From: Bacilli bacterium
Lineage (GTDB): Bacteria > Bacillota_I > Bacilli_A > RFN20 > CAG-826
Assembly: GCA_900767825.1 (NCBI GenBank)
Contig: CAAGAN010000020.1
Coordinates: 6,831 to 70,830, forward strand
Direction: 5' to 3'
DNA: 64,000 bases
The notes beneath the pieces were generated by a model. The model made no database searches. It saw only the letters and a program-made list of their open reading frames with translations, and was not told the DNA's origin. The translations under genes and the position numbers were made by a program. Of the stretch, positions 1 through 9,340 are shown in pieces; positions within the stretch are counted from its first letter, which is position 1; each line of letters starts with the position of its first letter.

Positions 1-1
1 A

Positions 2-1033
2 TGGCTAGTAATCTTTTTGACTTTCCTAATTATCTATTTGAATTGCCTTGCCTTTATTTCGATTAGAGTTTGGAAGAGTCATCATCTTACTCCTATGTCA
101 ATTAAGGAAAGCTTAGATGAATTATCTACTGCGATTTGTATCTATGATAAATCAGGACAGGTAAATCTAGTTAATTCACTTATGGATGAACTTGCTTTAT
201 TAATCATGGATAAGGCTATCCTAAATGGACATGCCTTTTGGGATGATTTGAATAATAAAAAGAGTCCTATAACTCTTCCTAATAATGGATTTGAGAAGGG
301 ACCTATAGTCAAATTGGATGATGGAAGGGTATATTCGTTCCATAAATATGAACATAGCCAAGGCAAGAAAGTCTTCTATGAAATAATAGGTACAAATATT
401 ACTAGGCGTTACTTGCTTGGGAAGGATTTAGAAGAGAAAAACAAGGACATAAAAGAAATGAATAATCGTTTTAGAGATTACGGGGATAATATTTTGAATT
501 ATACAAAAGAAAATGAAATATTAGCTGCTAAAAGACATATTCACGATAACATGGGTAAATTGCTTTTACTAAGCAAGATGAAATTAAGTGAATCAATGAG
601 TGAAGAAGATAAAGAAAAATTAATATCGGAATGGGATATTGCCATTGCAGGATTTGGACTTGATTCAAATAAAGAAGATACATTAAAGGAATTAATGGAT
701 GCCGCTAATTCAATTGGGGTCAAAATCATAATCGATGGAAATAAAATCAATAACCCAAGAATAAGGAAAATATTAATTGCAGCATCAATTGAAACAATGA
801 CTAATCTAGTCTCCCATGCTAAAGGGGATGAATTATATATATCCTTAAAAGAAGAAGGGCCTTATTTTGTTGCTATATTTACAAATAATGGCAAACGACC
901 TGAAAAAGAAATAATCGAAGGTGGTGGATTATCTTCTTTAAGGGCTTTAGTAGAAAAAGAATATGGGATAATGGAAATAGAAAGCAAGCCTAGATTCTTG
1001 CTAAAGATTTCATTGCCTTATAAAAATAATTGA
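2..1033 (+). CDS. sensor histidine kinase, HisKA_3 / HATPase_c type (5'-partial; reading frame open to window start)
   Basis: The frame has no stop back to position 2 and the N-terminal stretch is hydrophobic (TM-like). There is an H-box-like 'HIHDNMGKLL', an N-box-like 'TNLVSHAKG', and G-boxes 'TNNGK' and 'GGGLSSL'. The ORF track calls a TTG start at 17. Confidence 0.6.
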   Translation, partial: WLVIFLTFLIIYLNCLAFISIRVWKSHHLTPMSIKESLDELSTAICIYDKSGQVNLVNSLMDELALLIMDKAILNGHAFWDDLNNKKSPITLPNNGFEKGPIVKLDDGRVYSFHKYEHSQGKKVFYEIIGTNITRRYLLGKDLEEKNKDIKEMNNRFRDYGDNILNYTKENEILAAKRHIHDNMGKLLLLSKMKLSESMSEEDKEKLISEWDIAIAGFGLDSNKEDTLKELMDAANSIGVKIIIDGNKINNPRIRKILIAASIETMTNLVSHAKGDELYISLKEEGPYFVAIFTNNGKRPEKEIIEGGGLSSLRALVEKEYGIMEIESKPRFLLKISLPYKNN

Positions 1034-1366
1034 TTAGAAAGAGCCTTCGACATCTACTAAAGGAAGTATGAACATACCTCCTTTTACTTTCTTGAAATTG
1101 GATGTCGCTTCTCTTATTTCTTGCTTTAGTTCCTCTACCTTTTCTTCTTCGATAACTATAAATAAAGTTAGGTTTCCGCTAGGTAAATCCTCAACCATGC
1201 TAGCTAAAGAAATAGCCCCGCTTTGGGTGTCTTCAAATTTTGGCAATACATGATGTAAGCCGGAAGTAGGGATAACTGTCCCGTTATATCCTTGCGAAGA
1301 TAATTTATGCAATAATTTTTCAGTTGCATCAACGTGATCTAGAATAGCGAACAAAAGAACTTTCAT
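1034..1366 (-). CDS. darA: PII-like cyclic-di-AMP receptor (DarA/PstA, DUF970 family)
   Basis: 110 aa. The C-terminal 'GGMFILPLVDVEGSF' and overall length and pattern resemble B. subtilis DarA (...ATVFVLPVDEFHQF). Confidence 0.65.
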   Translation of the reverse strand: MKVLLFAILDHVDATEKLLHKLSSQGYNGTVIPTSGLHHVLPKFEDTQSGAISLASMVEDLPSGNLTLFIVIEEEKVEELKQEIREATSNFKKVKGGMFILPLVDVEGSF

Positions 1367-1509
1367 ATCAAATACCTTATCAATAAGAGCAAGAATAACT
1401 ATACCACAAGATTCAACGTTATCTCAATTAATGTAGTTTGGATTTGAATTCTTTTTGTCTAAATAAAAAAGTTGCTATATTATTTACTTAATTAGTTTGG
1501 AGAAAAAAG

Positions 1510-2010
1510 ATGATTGAGATAAAAGTTAAAGATTTTGGAGTAATGAAGTTTGAATTGGATTATGAAAACGCTCCTAATTCTGCTGCTAATTTTGTTTCCT
1601 TGGCTAAGCAAGGTTTCTACGATGGATTAACTTTCCACCGTATTATTAAGGGTTTTATGATTCAAGGTGGAGATGGTAGAAGCAAGGGAAGGGAATTAGA
1701 TTATTCCATAAAGGGAGAATTCCTATCCAATGGAGTAAATAACCAATTAAGACATGAACGTGGAGTTATATCCATGGCTAGGACTATGTTCCCAGATTCT
1801 GCTACATCGCAATTTTTCATCGTACATAAGACTTCGCCTCATCTAGATGGCGAATATGCTGCCTTTGGAAAAATGATAGATGGGTTTGATGTATTGGATA
1901 AAATCGCAGGTGTTGCCACTAATAGAATGGATGCCCCAATCAAAAAGGTTGAGATTGAATATGTAAAGGCAATAGATGAAGAAGATAAAGAAGTAAGGAA
2001 GATAAAATAA
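1510..2010 (+). CDS. ppiB: peptidyl-prolyl cis-trans isomerase, cyclophilin type
   Basis: 'FHRIIKGFMIQGGDG' cyclophilin signature. A GGAG RBS lies 8 nt upstream of the ATG. Confidence 0.85.
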   Translation: MIEIKVKDFGVMKFELDYENAPNSAANFVSLAKQGFYDGLTFHRIIKGFMIQGGDGRSKGRELDYSIKGEFLSNGVNNQLRHERGVISMARTMFPDSATSQFFIVHKTSPHLDGEYAAFGKMIDGFDVLDKIAGVATNRMDAPIKKVEIEYVKAIDEEDKEVRKIK

Positions 2011-2570
2011 TGTCAGATATTACAAAGCGTGCTTTATCAGCTTCACTAAAATCGCTTCTATTAGAAAAGCCAATTGATAAGGTATCTGTTTTAGATATTA
2101 CCAATAGGTGTGGTGTCAAACGCCAGACTTTCTATTACCATTTCCAAGATATCGCCGATTTAGTCGAATGGATTTGCCTAGATGACGCTAGCAAAGTCAT
2201 CGCAGGGACAAAGCCATCTTCATGGCAAGAAGGATTCCTAGAAGTATTTAATCTAATTAAGCAAGATAAGGCCTTTGTACTTAATATCTATCATTCAGTT
2301 TCTAGGGACAAATTAGAACTATATCTCTATTCGATTGTCTATAGGGTTATTAAACAAGTAGTGGATGAAGTTTCCTCTTCTTATTCAGTAAGCGATGAAG
2401 AAAAGGATTTTATCATTAATTTCTTTAAATATTCTTTCTGTGGGATAGTATTCAATTGGATTGATAAAGGAATGGTAAAAGATCCAAAAATTATCGTAGA
2501 ACAGACATCTTCTTTATGTAGCGGACTTATTGTTAGGGCTTTAGATAATCTAGGTGTCAAGCATAATTAA
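2010..2570 (+). CDS. TetR/AcrR-family transcriptional regulator (DhaS-like)
   Basis: N-terminal HTH 'ITKRALSASLKSLLLEKPIDKVSVLDITNRCGVKRQTFYYHFQD'. Start overlaps the ppiB stop (TAATG). It sits upstream of an oleate hydratase, a typical pairing. Confidence 0.65.
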   Translation: MSDITKRALSASLKSLLLEKPIDKVSVLDITNRCGVKRQTFYYHFQDIADLVEWICLDDASKVIAGTKPSSWQEGFLEVFNLIKQDKAFVLNIYHSVSRDKLELYLYSIVYRVIKQVVDEVSSSYSVSDEEKDFIINFFKYSFCGIVFNWIDKGMVKDPKIIVEQTSSLCSGLIVRALDNLGVKHN

Positions 2571-2573
2571 TTT

Positions 2574-2607
2574 TGACAGAAATAAAAAAATATCAAAATA
2601 TTTGTCA
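2574..2607. promoter_or_regulatory. inverted repeat TGACAGAAATA-N14-TATTTGTCA, candidate TetR operator overlapping the ohyA promoter
   Basis: Near-perfect palindrome read directly from the sequence between the TetR gene and ohyA. The left arm contains a TTGACA -35-like hexamer. Confidence 0.45.
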
Positions 2608-2685
2608 GCCTCCGATCTATGTAATTTGGGAGGCTTTTTCTTTTTGGTTAGTATGTAGGTGCTTTGAAAGCAAGGAGAAAAGAAA

Positions 2686-4476
2686 ATGTATTACTCAAGT
2701 GGAAATTATGAAGCGTTCGCACATCCACAAAAACCAAAGGATGCCGACAAGAAATCAGCTTATATCATAGGAAGTGGCCTAGCAGGACTAACTGCTGCCT
2801 TCTACCTAGTTAGAGATGGACAATTAAAAGGAAACCGTATCCATATATTAGAAAGGGACCCATTAGGTGGTGGGGCTTGCGATGGATATTATGATCCTCG
2901 CAAGGGATATATCATGCGTGGTGGAAGAGAAATGGATAACCATTTCGAAGTCATGTGGGATGTATTTAGGGATGTTCCGACCTTAGAAGATAAAAATGTT
3001 TCTGTCCTAGATGATTATTATTGGCTAAATAAAAGAGATCCTAACTATTCTTTATGTAGGGCTACAGTAAATAGAGGGGAAAACGCCAACACGGGACTTA
3101 ACTTCACTCTTACTAAGAAAGCCCAAAGGGAATTACTAAAATTATTCCTAACTACCGATGAAGATTTGGCATATAAGAAAATTAGCGATGTATTTACTAC
3201 CCAATTCTTCCAATCCAATTTCTGGCTATATTGGCAGACCATGTTTGCCTTCCAAGAATCTTCTAGCGCTCTAGAAATGAAGCTATATCTACAAAGATAT
3301 GTACACCATATCGATGGATTGCCAGATTTCTCGGCCTTAAGATTTACTAGATATAACCAATATGATTCCATGATTCTTCCTTTGGAGAATTACCTAAAAG
3401 AACATGGCGTTGATTTTAGATATGGAGTCGAAGTAAAAGACGTCCAATTCGATACTAGCGACAATAACCATAAAGTAGTTACTAAATTAGTTATCAAAGC
3501 CAATGACGAAGAAGAAGAAATCGGCTTGGTGGAAGATGATTTGGTATTTATTACTAACGGATCTTGCGTTGATTCTAGTTGCATTGGAGATCAAACTCAC
3601 GCCCCTGATTTATCTAAAATCAAAGAAGGAAGTGGACCTAGCTGGGATATGTGGAAACGTATCGTTAGCCAATGCAAAGATGATACCTTTGGCCATCCAG
3701 AGGTATTCTGCTCAAATATAAAAGATACTAACTGGATGTCTGCTACTATTGAATGCGATGATACTTTGCTTCCATATATAAAAGCAATTTGTAAAAGAGA
3801 TCCTCATTCAGGTAAAGTCGTTACTGGCGGCATTGTCACTGCTAAGGATTCGTGGAATAACTGGAGATGTTCCTGGACTATAAATAGACAAGGTCAATTC
3901 AAGGATCAACCAAAAGATAAGACCCTAGTATGGTTCTATTCATTACATACTGATAAAGTAGGTAATTATGTAAAGAAAGCCATGAAAGATTGTACCGGCA
4001 TAGAAGTCGCAATGGAATGGATGTATCTAATTGGAGTTCCAGAAGATAAGATTGAAGATTTAGTCAAGAATCATTGCAATACTACTACAGCCTATATGCC
4101 TTATATTGATGCTTTCTTCTTGCCTCGTGGAGAAGGAGACCGTCCATATGTAGTTCCTCATGGTGCGGTTAACTTCGCATTCCTTGGACAATTCGCAGAA
4201 GTCAAGCACGATACAATATTCACGACCGAATATTCTATGCGTACTGGTATGGAAGCTGTCTATACCTTGCTTAATATCGATAGAGGCGTTCCAGAAGTTT
4301 GGGGCTCTAGGTATGATATTAGGGAATTATTAAGGGCAACTTATTATGCTCTTGATAGAAAAAAGATTACCGAAGCCAAGATGAACGCGATTGAAAAAGT
4401 AGCACTTAAAAAGGTTTTGAAATTAGTAAAAAATACCGAGGTTGAGAAGCTTTTAGAAGAATCTCACCTTATATAG
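2686..4476 (+). CDS. ohyA: oleate hydratase (myosin-cross-reactive antigen family, FAD-dependent)
   Basis: 596 aa. N-terminal FAD-binding motif 'YIIGSGLAGLTAAFYL'. Strong resemblance to the MCRA/oleate hydratase family throughout. Confidence 0.85.
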   Translation: MYYSSGNYEAFAHPQKPKDADKKSAYIIGSGLAGLTAAFYLVRDGQLKGNRIHILERDPLGGGACDGYYDPRKGYIMRGGREMDNHFEVMWDVFRDVPTLEDKNVSVLDDYYWLNKRDPNYSLCRATVNRGENANTGLNFTLTKKAQRELLKLFLTTDEDLAYKKISDVFTTQFFQSNFWLYWQTMFAFQESSSALEMKLYLQRYVHHIDGLPDFSALRFTRYNQYDSMILPLENYLKEHGVDFRYGVEVKDVQFDTSDNNHKVVTKLVIKANDEEEEIGLVEDDLVFITNGSCVDSSCIGDQTHAPDLSKIKEGSGPSWDMWKRIVSQCKDDTFGHPEVFCSNIKDTNWMSATIECDDTLLPYIKAICKRDPHSGKVVTGGIVTAKDSWNNWRCSWTINRQGQFKDQPKDKTLVWFYSLHTDKVGNYVKKAMKDCTGIEVAMEWMYLIGVPEDKIEDLVKNHCNTTTAYMPYIDAFFLPRGEGDRPYVVPHGAVNFAFLGQFAEVKHDTIFTTEYSMRTGMEAVYTLLNIDRGVPEVWGSRYDIRELLRATYYALDRKKITEAKMNAIEKVALKKVLKLVKNTEVEKLLEESHLI

Positions 4477-4483
4477 GTAGCTT

Positions 4484-4522
4484 GCGGGAGGCCGTATATA
4501 GACGACTTCCCGCATTTTTTGT
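4484..4522 (+). terminator. rho-independent terminator after ohyA
   Basis: GC stem GCGGGAGG...CTTCCCGC followed by a TTTTTTG run. Confidence 0.5.
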
Positions 4523-4577
4523 TTGACAAGTCTAGTTAGAGATACTATTATACTACTCGCGTTGCAAAACGTGATGT

Positions 4578-4653
4578 GGGCCTTTAGCTCAGCTGGGAGA
4601 GCGCCTCCATGGCATGGAGGAGGTCATCGGTTCGATCCCGACAAGGTCCACCA
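4578..4653 (+). tRNA. tRNA-Ala (anticodon GGC)
   Basis: Hand-folded cloverleaf with anticodon loop ATGGCAT. The G3:U70 acceptor wobble that identifies tRNA-Ala is present, and CCA is encoded. Confidence 0.85.
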
Positions 4654-4769
4654 ATTAGAAATCTTGACCCTGAAGCAAAATCAGGGTTTTTCTTTAATAA
4701 ATTGAACATCGACTTTAACAAAATTAAAAAAAACTTAATAAAATTAAAGTTTATGCATATACTATAGCC

Positions 4770-5051
4770 ATGGAACAGAAGTGGCTAGAAGTATTAACAG
4801 ATGATGACTTGGAATTCCTCCATCAATTCATCCTTTGCTCAGGATCATTAAAAGATCTTGCATCGCAATATGGGGTTTCTTACCCTACGATTCGAATTCG
4901 TGCAGACAAAATAATTGAAAAGATTCGAATGGTGGATAACAAGGAATCTCCTTTTGTAGCGTATATAAAAACCATGGCCATGGACGAAAAAATCTCTCTT
5001 GATGCTGCCCGAGACCTAATCACGATGTTCCGACTTATTTATAAGGAGTAA
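4770..5051 (+). CDS. DUF2089-family putative DNA-binding protein
   Basis: 93 aa. The 'LASQYGVSYPTIRIRADKIIEKI' HTH-like segment is typical of DUF2089 proteins. It is the first gene of a tight three-gene cluster. Confidence 0.5.
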   Translation: MEQKWLEVLTDDDLEFLHQFILCSGSLKDLASQYGVSYPTIRIRADKIIEKIRMVDNKESPFVAYIKTMAMDEKISLDAARDLITMFRLIYKE

Positions 5052-5054
5052 TTT

Positions 5055-5447
5055 ATGATTTTAAGCACTGTTGAAAGCGATCGTTCCTTCCTTATTTGGT
5101 CCTGTGTTTATCCTGCTATTGGTGTACTTTTTGGCATAGCAATGATAATTCTTTATATCAAATTTAAGGAAAAGAACCTTATCAAACCCTTCTTGGCTGC
5201 CCCAATTTTAGGGTTGGTGTATGGCGTTGTTTATACTTCTGTTTACTGTGCCGTAACCCTTAAACAAGGAGGATTTACCTATATCTACGTAATTCGTTCG
5301 TTTGAAGGGTTTGCTATAGATTTTATAGTATGGATTTGCCTGTTTATTCATTCCAGCGTTACTAAACGTTATCGCAAAGATGTTGATGATAAGAAATTAT
5401 CGTTAAAGCTTTCCGAAGACGAAAAAGTGAAAATATCTAATTTTTAA
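5055..5447 (+). CDS. small polytopic membrane protein (hypothetical)
   Basis: 130 aa with three or four hydrophobic helices. There is a 3-bp gap after the DUF2089 gene. Confidence 0.5.
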   Translation: MILSTVESDRSFLIWSCVYPAIGVLFGIAMIILYIKFKEKNLIKPFLAAPILGLVYGVVYTSVYCAVTLKQGGFTYIYVIRSFEGFAIDFIVWICLFIHSSVTKRYRKDVDDKKLSLKLSEDEKVKISNF

Positions 5448-5458
5448 GGATTTTAAAT

Positions 5459-6268
5459 ATGAATTTATTATTACTAGCTAGTGCTCTTTTTGTTTGCGCC
5501 GCAACATTTGTTTCTAATCCAACTGAAGCTTCAGTTAGCAATGAAGAAACAATAAATTTTAAACCAGTTCAAAAGAAGGCTGCTTTAAATAGCGATTCTT
5601 CATTTGTAAGGACTAATACTTTTAAAGACAGGGTAACTGTAAAGGATCCTATTGGTTACTTTATTTATGATATGTCAGTTTACCGTGCTGATTTTACTGA
5701 TGTTTCTTATTTATACCTTTGCGAACTTGCTGTTGATTTCACTCCAGGTTCAGTTGCTACAAAAAATGAATCCGGTTATGACTGGCATTATGATTTCTGG
5801 GCAGCTGATGTCACCCTTGGGATTCCGAATAATTTATCTCAAGCTAAAGTAAAGGATTTTTGGCCCAAGTCTTCTAGCGTGCAAGTAACATTAACTTCAT
5901 CTTATAGTACAAATTATACTTTAGGAGTTGGTGGTGGAACCAATTTAGGTGGGGGCGCTTCAATTAATGCATCCGGAAACGCTGGATATACCATATCCCA
6001 TTCAACTAGCACGACAAGTGAAGATCCATCGGTTTCAGCTCAACTTTTATCAAACAATCAAAAGACTGCAAAGTGGAATATTCAATGTATTGTTCAACGT
6101 GGATTAACCTATAATTTTGCATGTTACCTATTAGTAGAATTGCCAAAAAGCTACACAGCTACCTTTGCTTATTCTTCTTCAATCGATATGACTTGCATTG
6201 CTTGGAAAGGATATTGGTGGGAACAAAAGAAACACGTCATCGCTAACAATAGCATTGCATCTAATTAA
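5459..6268 (+). CDS. secreted protein with a Ser/Thr-rich amphipathic beta-hairpin (possible aerolysin/ETX-MTX2-like beta-pore-forming toxin)
   Basis: It has a signal peptide 'MNLLLLASALFVCAATFVSNPTEA'. The segment 'VQVTLTSSYSTNYTLGV-GGGTNLGGGAS-INASGNAGYTISHSTSTTS' shows two alternating polar/hydrophobic strands around a Gly-rich turn. Confidence 0.5.
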   Translation: MNLLLLASALFVCAATFVSNPTEASVSNEETINFKPVQKKAALNSDSSFVRTNTFKDRVTVKDPIGYFIYDMSVYRADFTDVSYLYLCELAVDFTPGSVATKNESGYDWHYDFWAADVTLGIPNNLSQAKVKDFWPKSSSVQVTLTSSYSTNYTLGVGGGTNLGGGASINASGNAGYTISHSTSTTSEDPSVSAQLLSNNQKTAKWNIQCIVQRGLTYNFACYLLVELPKSYTATFAYSSSIDMTCIAWKGYWWEQKKHVIANNSIASN

Positions 6269-6438
6269 CTTTACTTCTTATAACCCTATTAGGCGGGTGA
6301 ATAGAAAACTAATTCTAATTGAATGTAGTTCTCTATTGTCTGTCTTTTTATTTAGAATAAGCCAGACATGTATTCATTAATGTATTCCACACCTATGTTT
6401 TTCTTGCCTTTTGATTATCTATTAAGTAGGCTTTTCCT

Positions 6439-6975
6439 ATGGAAAAAAATAAGAAAAAAATGGATGAGTTAACTAAAGCAAAGCTCATATACACGATTGA
6501 ATTAGTTGTATTCTCGATTGTATTCCTAGTTATTGGAATATTAAACATTCTTCAAATCATTTATCCAAAGGAGTGGAGGGCTAGTGCTGTTTTGTATCTA
6601 ACTTCCATTGGGGGATTTATTGGAATAGGTGATTTTATATGGATGTTAGCATCTAAAAAAAGAAGGGCTAAAGGTTCTTTGTTAGATAAAGCCTTGGTAG
6701 TACCTGCTACTATATTTATCGCCCCCTTATCAATATATCAATTAGCTAAAGGGATTACTTCTTTTATCCCTTGGCAAATAGGATCAGGGTTATGCTACTT
6801 ATCTTTGGTTTATATAATCGAGGCTATATATCATTGGTATCACCCAATCCCTGGATTATTAGAAGATGATGAAAAGAAAGTCGATTTAACTAAAGAAATA
6901 TTTTTAGAAGAAAATCCTTCGATAAAAGAAAAAGAAGTGGAGGAACTTAAAGATGAGGAAAAGGAAACTAAATAA
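6439..6975 (+). CDS. membrane protein with acidic C-terminal tail (hypothetical)
   Basis: Four predicted TM helices and a 'KEKEVEELKDEEKETK' tail. It overlaps the next gene by 23 nt. Confidence 0.5.
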   Translation: MEKNKKKMDELTKAKLIYTIELVVFSIVFLVIGILNILQIIYPKEWRASAVLYLTSIGGFIGIGDFIWMLASKKRRAKGSLLDKALVVPATIFIAPLSIYQLAKGITSFIPWQIGSGLCYLSLVYIIEAIYHWYHPIPGLLEDDEKKVDLTKEIFLEENPSIKEKEVEELKDEEKETK

Positions 6976-9340
6976 GAACTCATTACCTCTAGAAGAAAGC
7001 CTTCCTCTTCTTTATGGAGATGGGAACTGGTTAATTAGAGGTGTCCCTAGTCTAAAATTACCTCCTTTAAGGATGAGAGATGGTCCTTTAGGAATTAGAA
7101 ATGTCAGCGATGATAATGATTGGGGAGGGGATATTGAAACTACAATTTGTTATCCTGCCCCTTGCTTAACTGCCTGTTCTTTTAATAAAGAATTATTATT
7201 TAAATTCGGTGAGGTTCTAGGAAAAGAAGCTAGACATAACAATATTAATTTAGTTTTAGCCCCTGGAGTTAATATAAAAAGGAACCCATTATGCGGGAGG
7301 AATTTTGAATATTATTCAGAAGATCCTTATCTAGCTGGTAAATTGGCTTCCTCTTTTATTAACGGCATCCAAAGTGTTGGAATCGGTTCATCTTTAAAAC
7401 ATTTTGCCTGCAATTCGCAAGAAACTAGCAGGATGAGCAATGATTCTATCGTTGATGAAAGAGCCTTGTTTGAAATATATCTAAAGCCATTCGAAATCGC
7501 TATTAAAGAAGTTTCCCCTTGGACTGTAATGTGCTCATATAACAAGATAAACGGGCAATATGCATCTAATTCTTCGTTTCTACTAAAAGAAGTATTAAGG
7601 GATAAATGGAATTACCAGGGTGTAGTAATATCTGATTGGGGCGCGACTAGTGATTTTATTACTTCCCATAACGATGGGCTTGATGTTGAAATGCCTTGCC
7701 TAGTCTCTAGATATAAAGATTTGGAGAAAGCATATAAAAGGGGCGCCTTAAATAAAGATGATTTAAATAAAAGCACGACCCGTATTGTTTCTTTATTAGA
7801 AAAATCAAATAATGCAAAAAAGATTAAGGACGACTTTGATAAAGAAGAGGCGAAAAAGTTATCTTTGGATTTGGCTCTTGATTCCATGGTTTTATTAAAA
7901 AACGAAGGGGTTTTGCCTTTAAAGTCTCTTTCGTCTACCTGTGTCATAGGACCATTTGCCGAATATCTTCGTTTCCAAGGTGGAGGGTCTAGTAAGGTAA
8001 AATGTGAGACCCCTGTATCGTTTTTAGATGTAATTAATGAAGATAGGAAAAAGAAAATCCCTTATTCAAAAGGATATTCTTTAACTATTGATAACGAATC
8101 AGACCTGGAAATAGAGGCGATAGATTTAGCTGCTAAAAGCAAGAATGTAATCTTGTTCCTAGGATTACCTGAATATATTGAATCAGAAGGTAAGGATAGA
8201 GAGAATATGCTTCTTCCCGATGACCAACTTAGGTTATTTGATTCTATTTATAGCGTGAATCAAAATATAATTGTTGTTTTAGGATGCGGGGCTCCTGTTG
8301 AACTTCCGTTTAAGGATAAGGCTAAAGCCATATTGCTTTCTTATTTGCCGGGCGAAATGGGTGCAGTGGCAATTAAGAAAATCTTATTAGGAGAAGTATC
8401 TCCTTCTGGGAGATTAGCGGAAACTTGGCCAAAGCATTTAAGCGAAGTTCCTTCTTTTGGCTTTTATCCTGGAGTTGAGCAATCTTTATATAGAGAATCA
8501 ATATATGTTGGGTACCGTTATTATTTAAGCGCGAATAGAGATGTAAATTATATCTTTGGAAGCGGGCTAAGTTATGCCAAATTCAAATATGGGAAAATAA
8601 CATTATCTAATAAAGAGATTAAGGAAAATGAAGAAATAGAAGTGAGCATCGATATCCAAAATACTTCTAAGATAGATTCTTCTTTATCTATTTGCCTTTA
8701 TATTGAATCCCCTAAAGGCAATGTATTTAAACCTAATAAATGGCTAGCTGATTTTAGTAAGGACTATTTTAAAATAGGCGAGGCAAAATCTATTAAATTC
8801 AAGTTGCCTTATTCTTGCTTTTGCTTCTACGATACCAAATCAAAATCGTTTAAAGCAGAGACAGGGGTCTATCAAGTTCAAATTTGCGGGGCTGCCGATG
8901 AAGTTATGGCATCTAGTAAAATCAATCTAGTTAGCAATGATGTATTTGAATCCAATCTATTAGAGATGCCTATTTATTATTCGCCTAAAAAAGACGGATT
9001 CCTCCAATACGATAATGATTTCGAACACCTTTTAGGAAGGACTGTCCCTCTAGCAAAAGATCCAAAGAGCAGACCTTATAGCCTTGATTCTACTATCGGG
9101 GATATAAAAAAGACTTTCATTGGCAAGAAGATATATAAAATAGGCGTGAATTCCTTACTTAAAGGGGGATGGGATAAGGAAGAGGCTATTTATTCGATAG
9201 AAACCTTGCCAGTTAGAAATTTAATCATGCAGAAAGGTGTAAAAGATAAAATGCCTTATTTCGTAGTCAATTTGGCTAATGGGCATTATATATGGGGTCT
9301 TATTTATTACTTATTCAATATAAAGAAAAATGTGCGCTAA
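6953..9340 (+). CDS. glycoside hydrolase family 3 beta-glucosidase (BglX-like)
   Basis: GH3 N-domain motifs 'LAPGVNIKRNPLCGRNFEYYSEDPYLAG' and 'VISDWGA' (catalytic Asp region). It also has a C-terminal GH3 domain and an FnIII-like tail. Confidence 0.85.
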   Translation: MRKRKLNKNSLPLEESLPLLYGDGNWLIRGVPSLKLPPLRMRDGPLGIRNVSDDNDWGGDIETTICYPAPCLTACSFNKELLFKFGEVLGKEARHNNINLVLAPGVNIKRNPLCGRNFEYYSEDPYLAGKLASSFINGIQSVGIGSSLKHFACNSQETSRMSNDSIVDERALFEIYLKPFEIAIKEVSPWTVMCSYNKINGQYASNSSFLLKEVLRDKWNYQGVVISDWGATSDFITSHNDGLDVEMPCLVSRYKDLEKAYKRGALNKDDLNKSTTRIVSLLEKSNNAKKIKDDFDKEEAKKLSLDLALDSMVLLKNEGVLPLKSLSSTCVIGPFAEYLRFQGGGSSKVKCETPVSFLDVINEDRKKKIPYSKGYSLTIDNESDLEIEAIDLAAKSKNVILFLGLPEYIESEGKDRENMLLPDDQLRLFDSIYSVNQNIIVVLGCGAPVELPFKDKAKAILLSYLPGEMGAVAIKKILLGEVSPSGRLAETWPKHLSEVPSFGFYPGVEQSLYRESIYVGYRYYLSANRDVNYIFGSGLSYAKFKYGKITLSNKEIKENEEIEVSIDIQNTSKIDSSLSICLYIESPKGNVFKPNKWLADFSKDYFKIGEAKSIKFKLPYSCFCFYDTKSKSFKAETGVYQVQICGAADEVMASSKINLVSNDVFESNLLEMPIYYSPKKDGFLQYDNDFEHLLGRTVPLAKDPKSRPYSLDSTIGDIKKTFIGKKIYKIGVNSLLKGGWDKEEAIYSIETLPVRNLIMQKGVKDKMPYFVVNLANGHYIWGLIYYLFNIKKNVR

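Noticed and set aside
3045-3721. Antisense and alternative-frame ORFs (64-108 aa) inside ohyA
   Set aside because: They are fully embedded in a strongly supported CDS and have no independent signals.
4523-4705. 60-aa ORF in the six-frame track
   Set aside because: It lies entirely over tRNA-Ala(GGC) and its flanks. It is an artefact of the GC-rich tRNA sequence.
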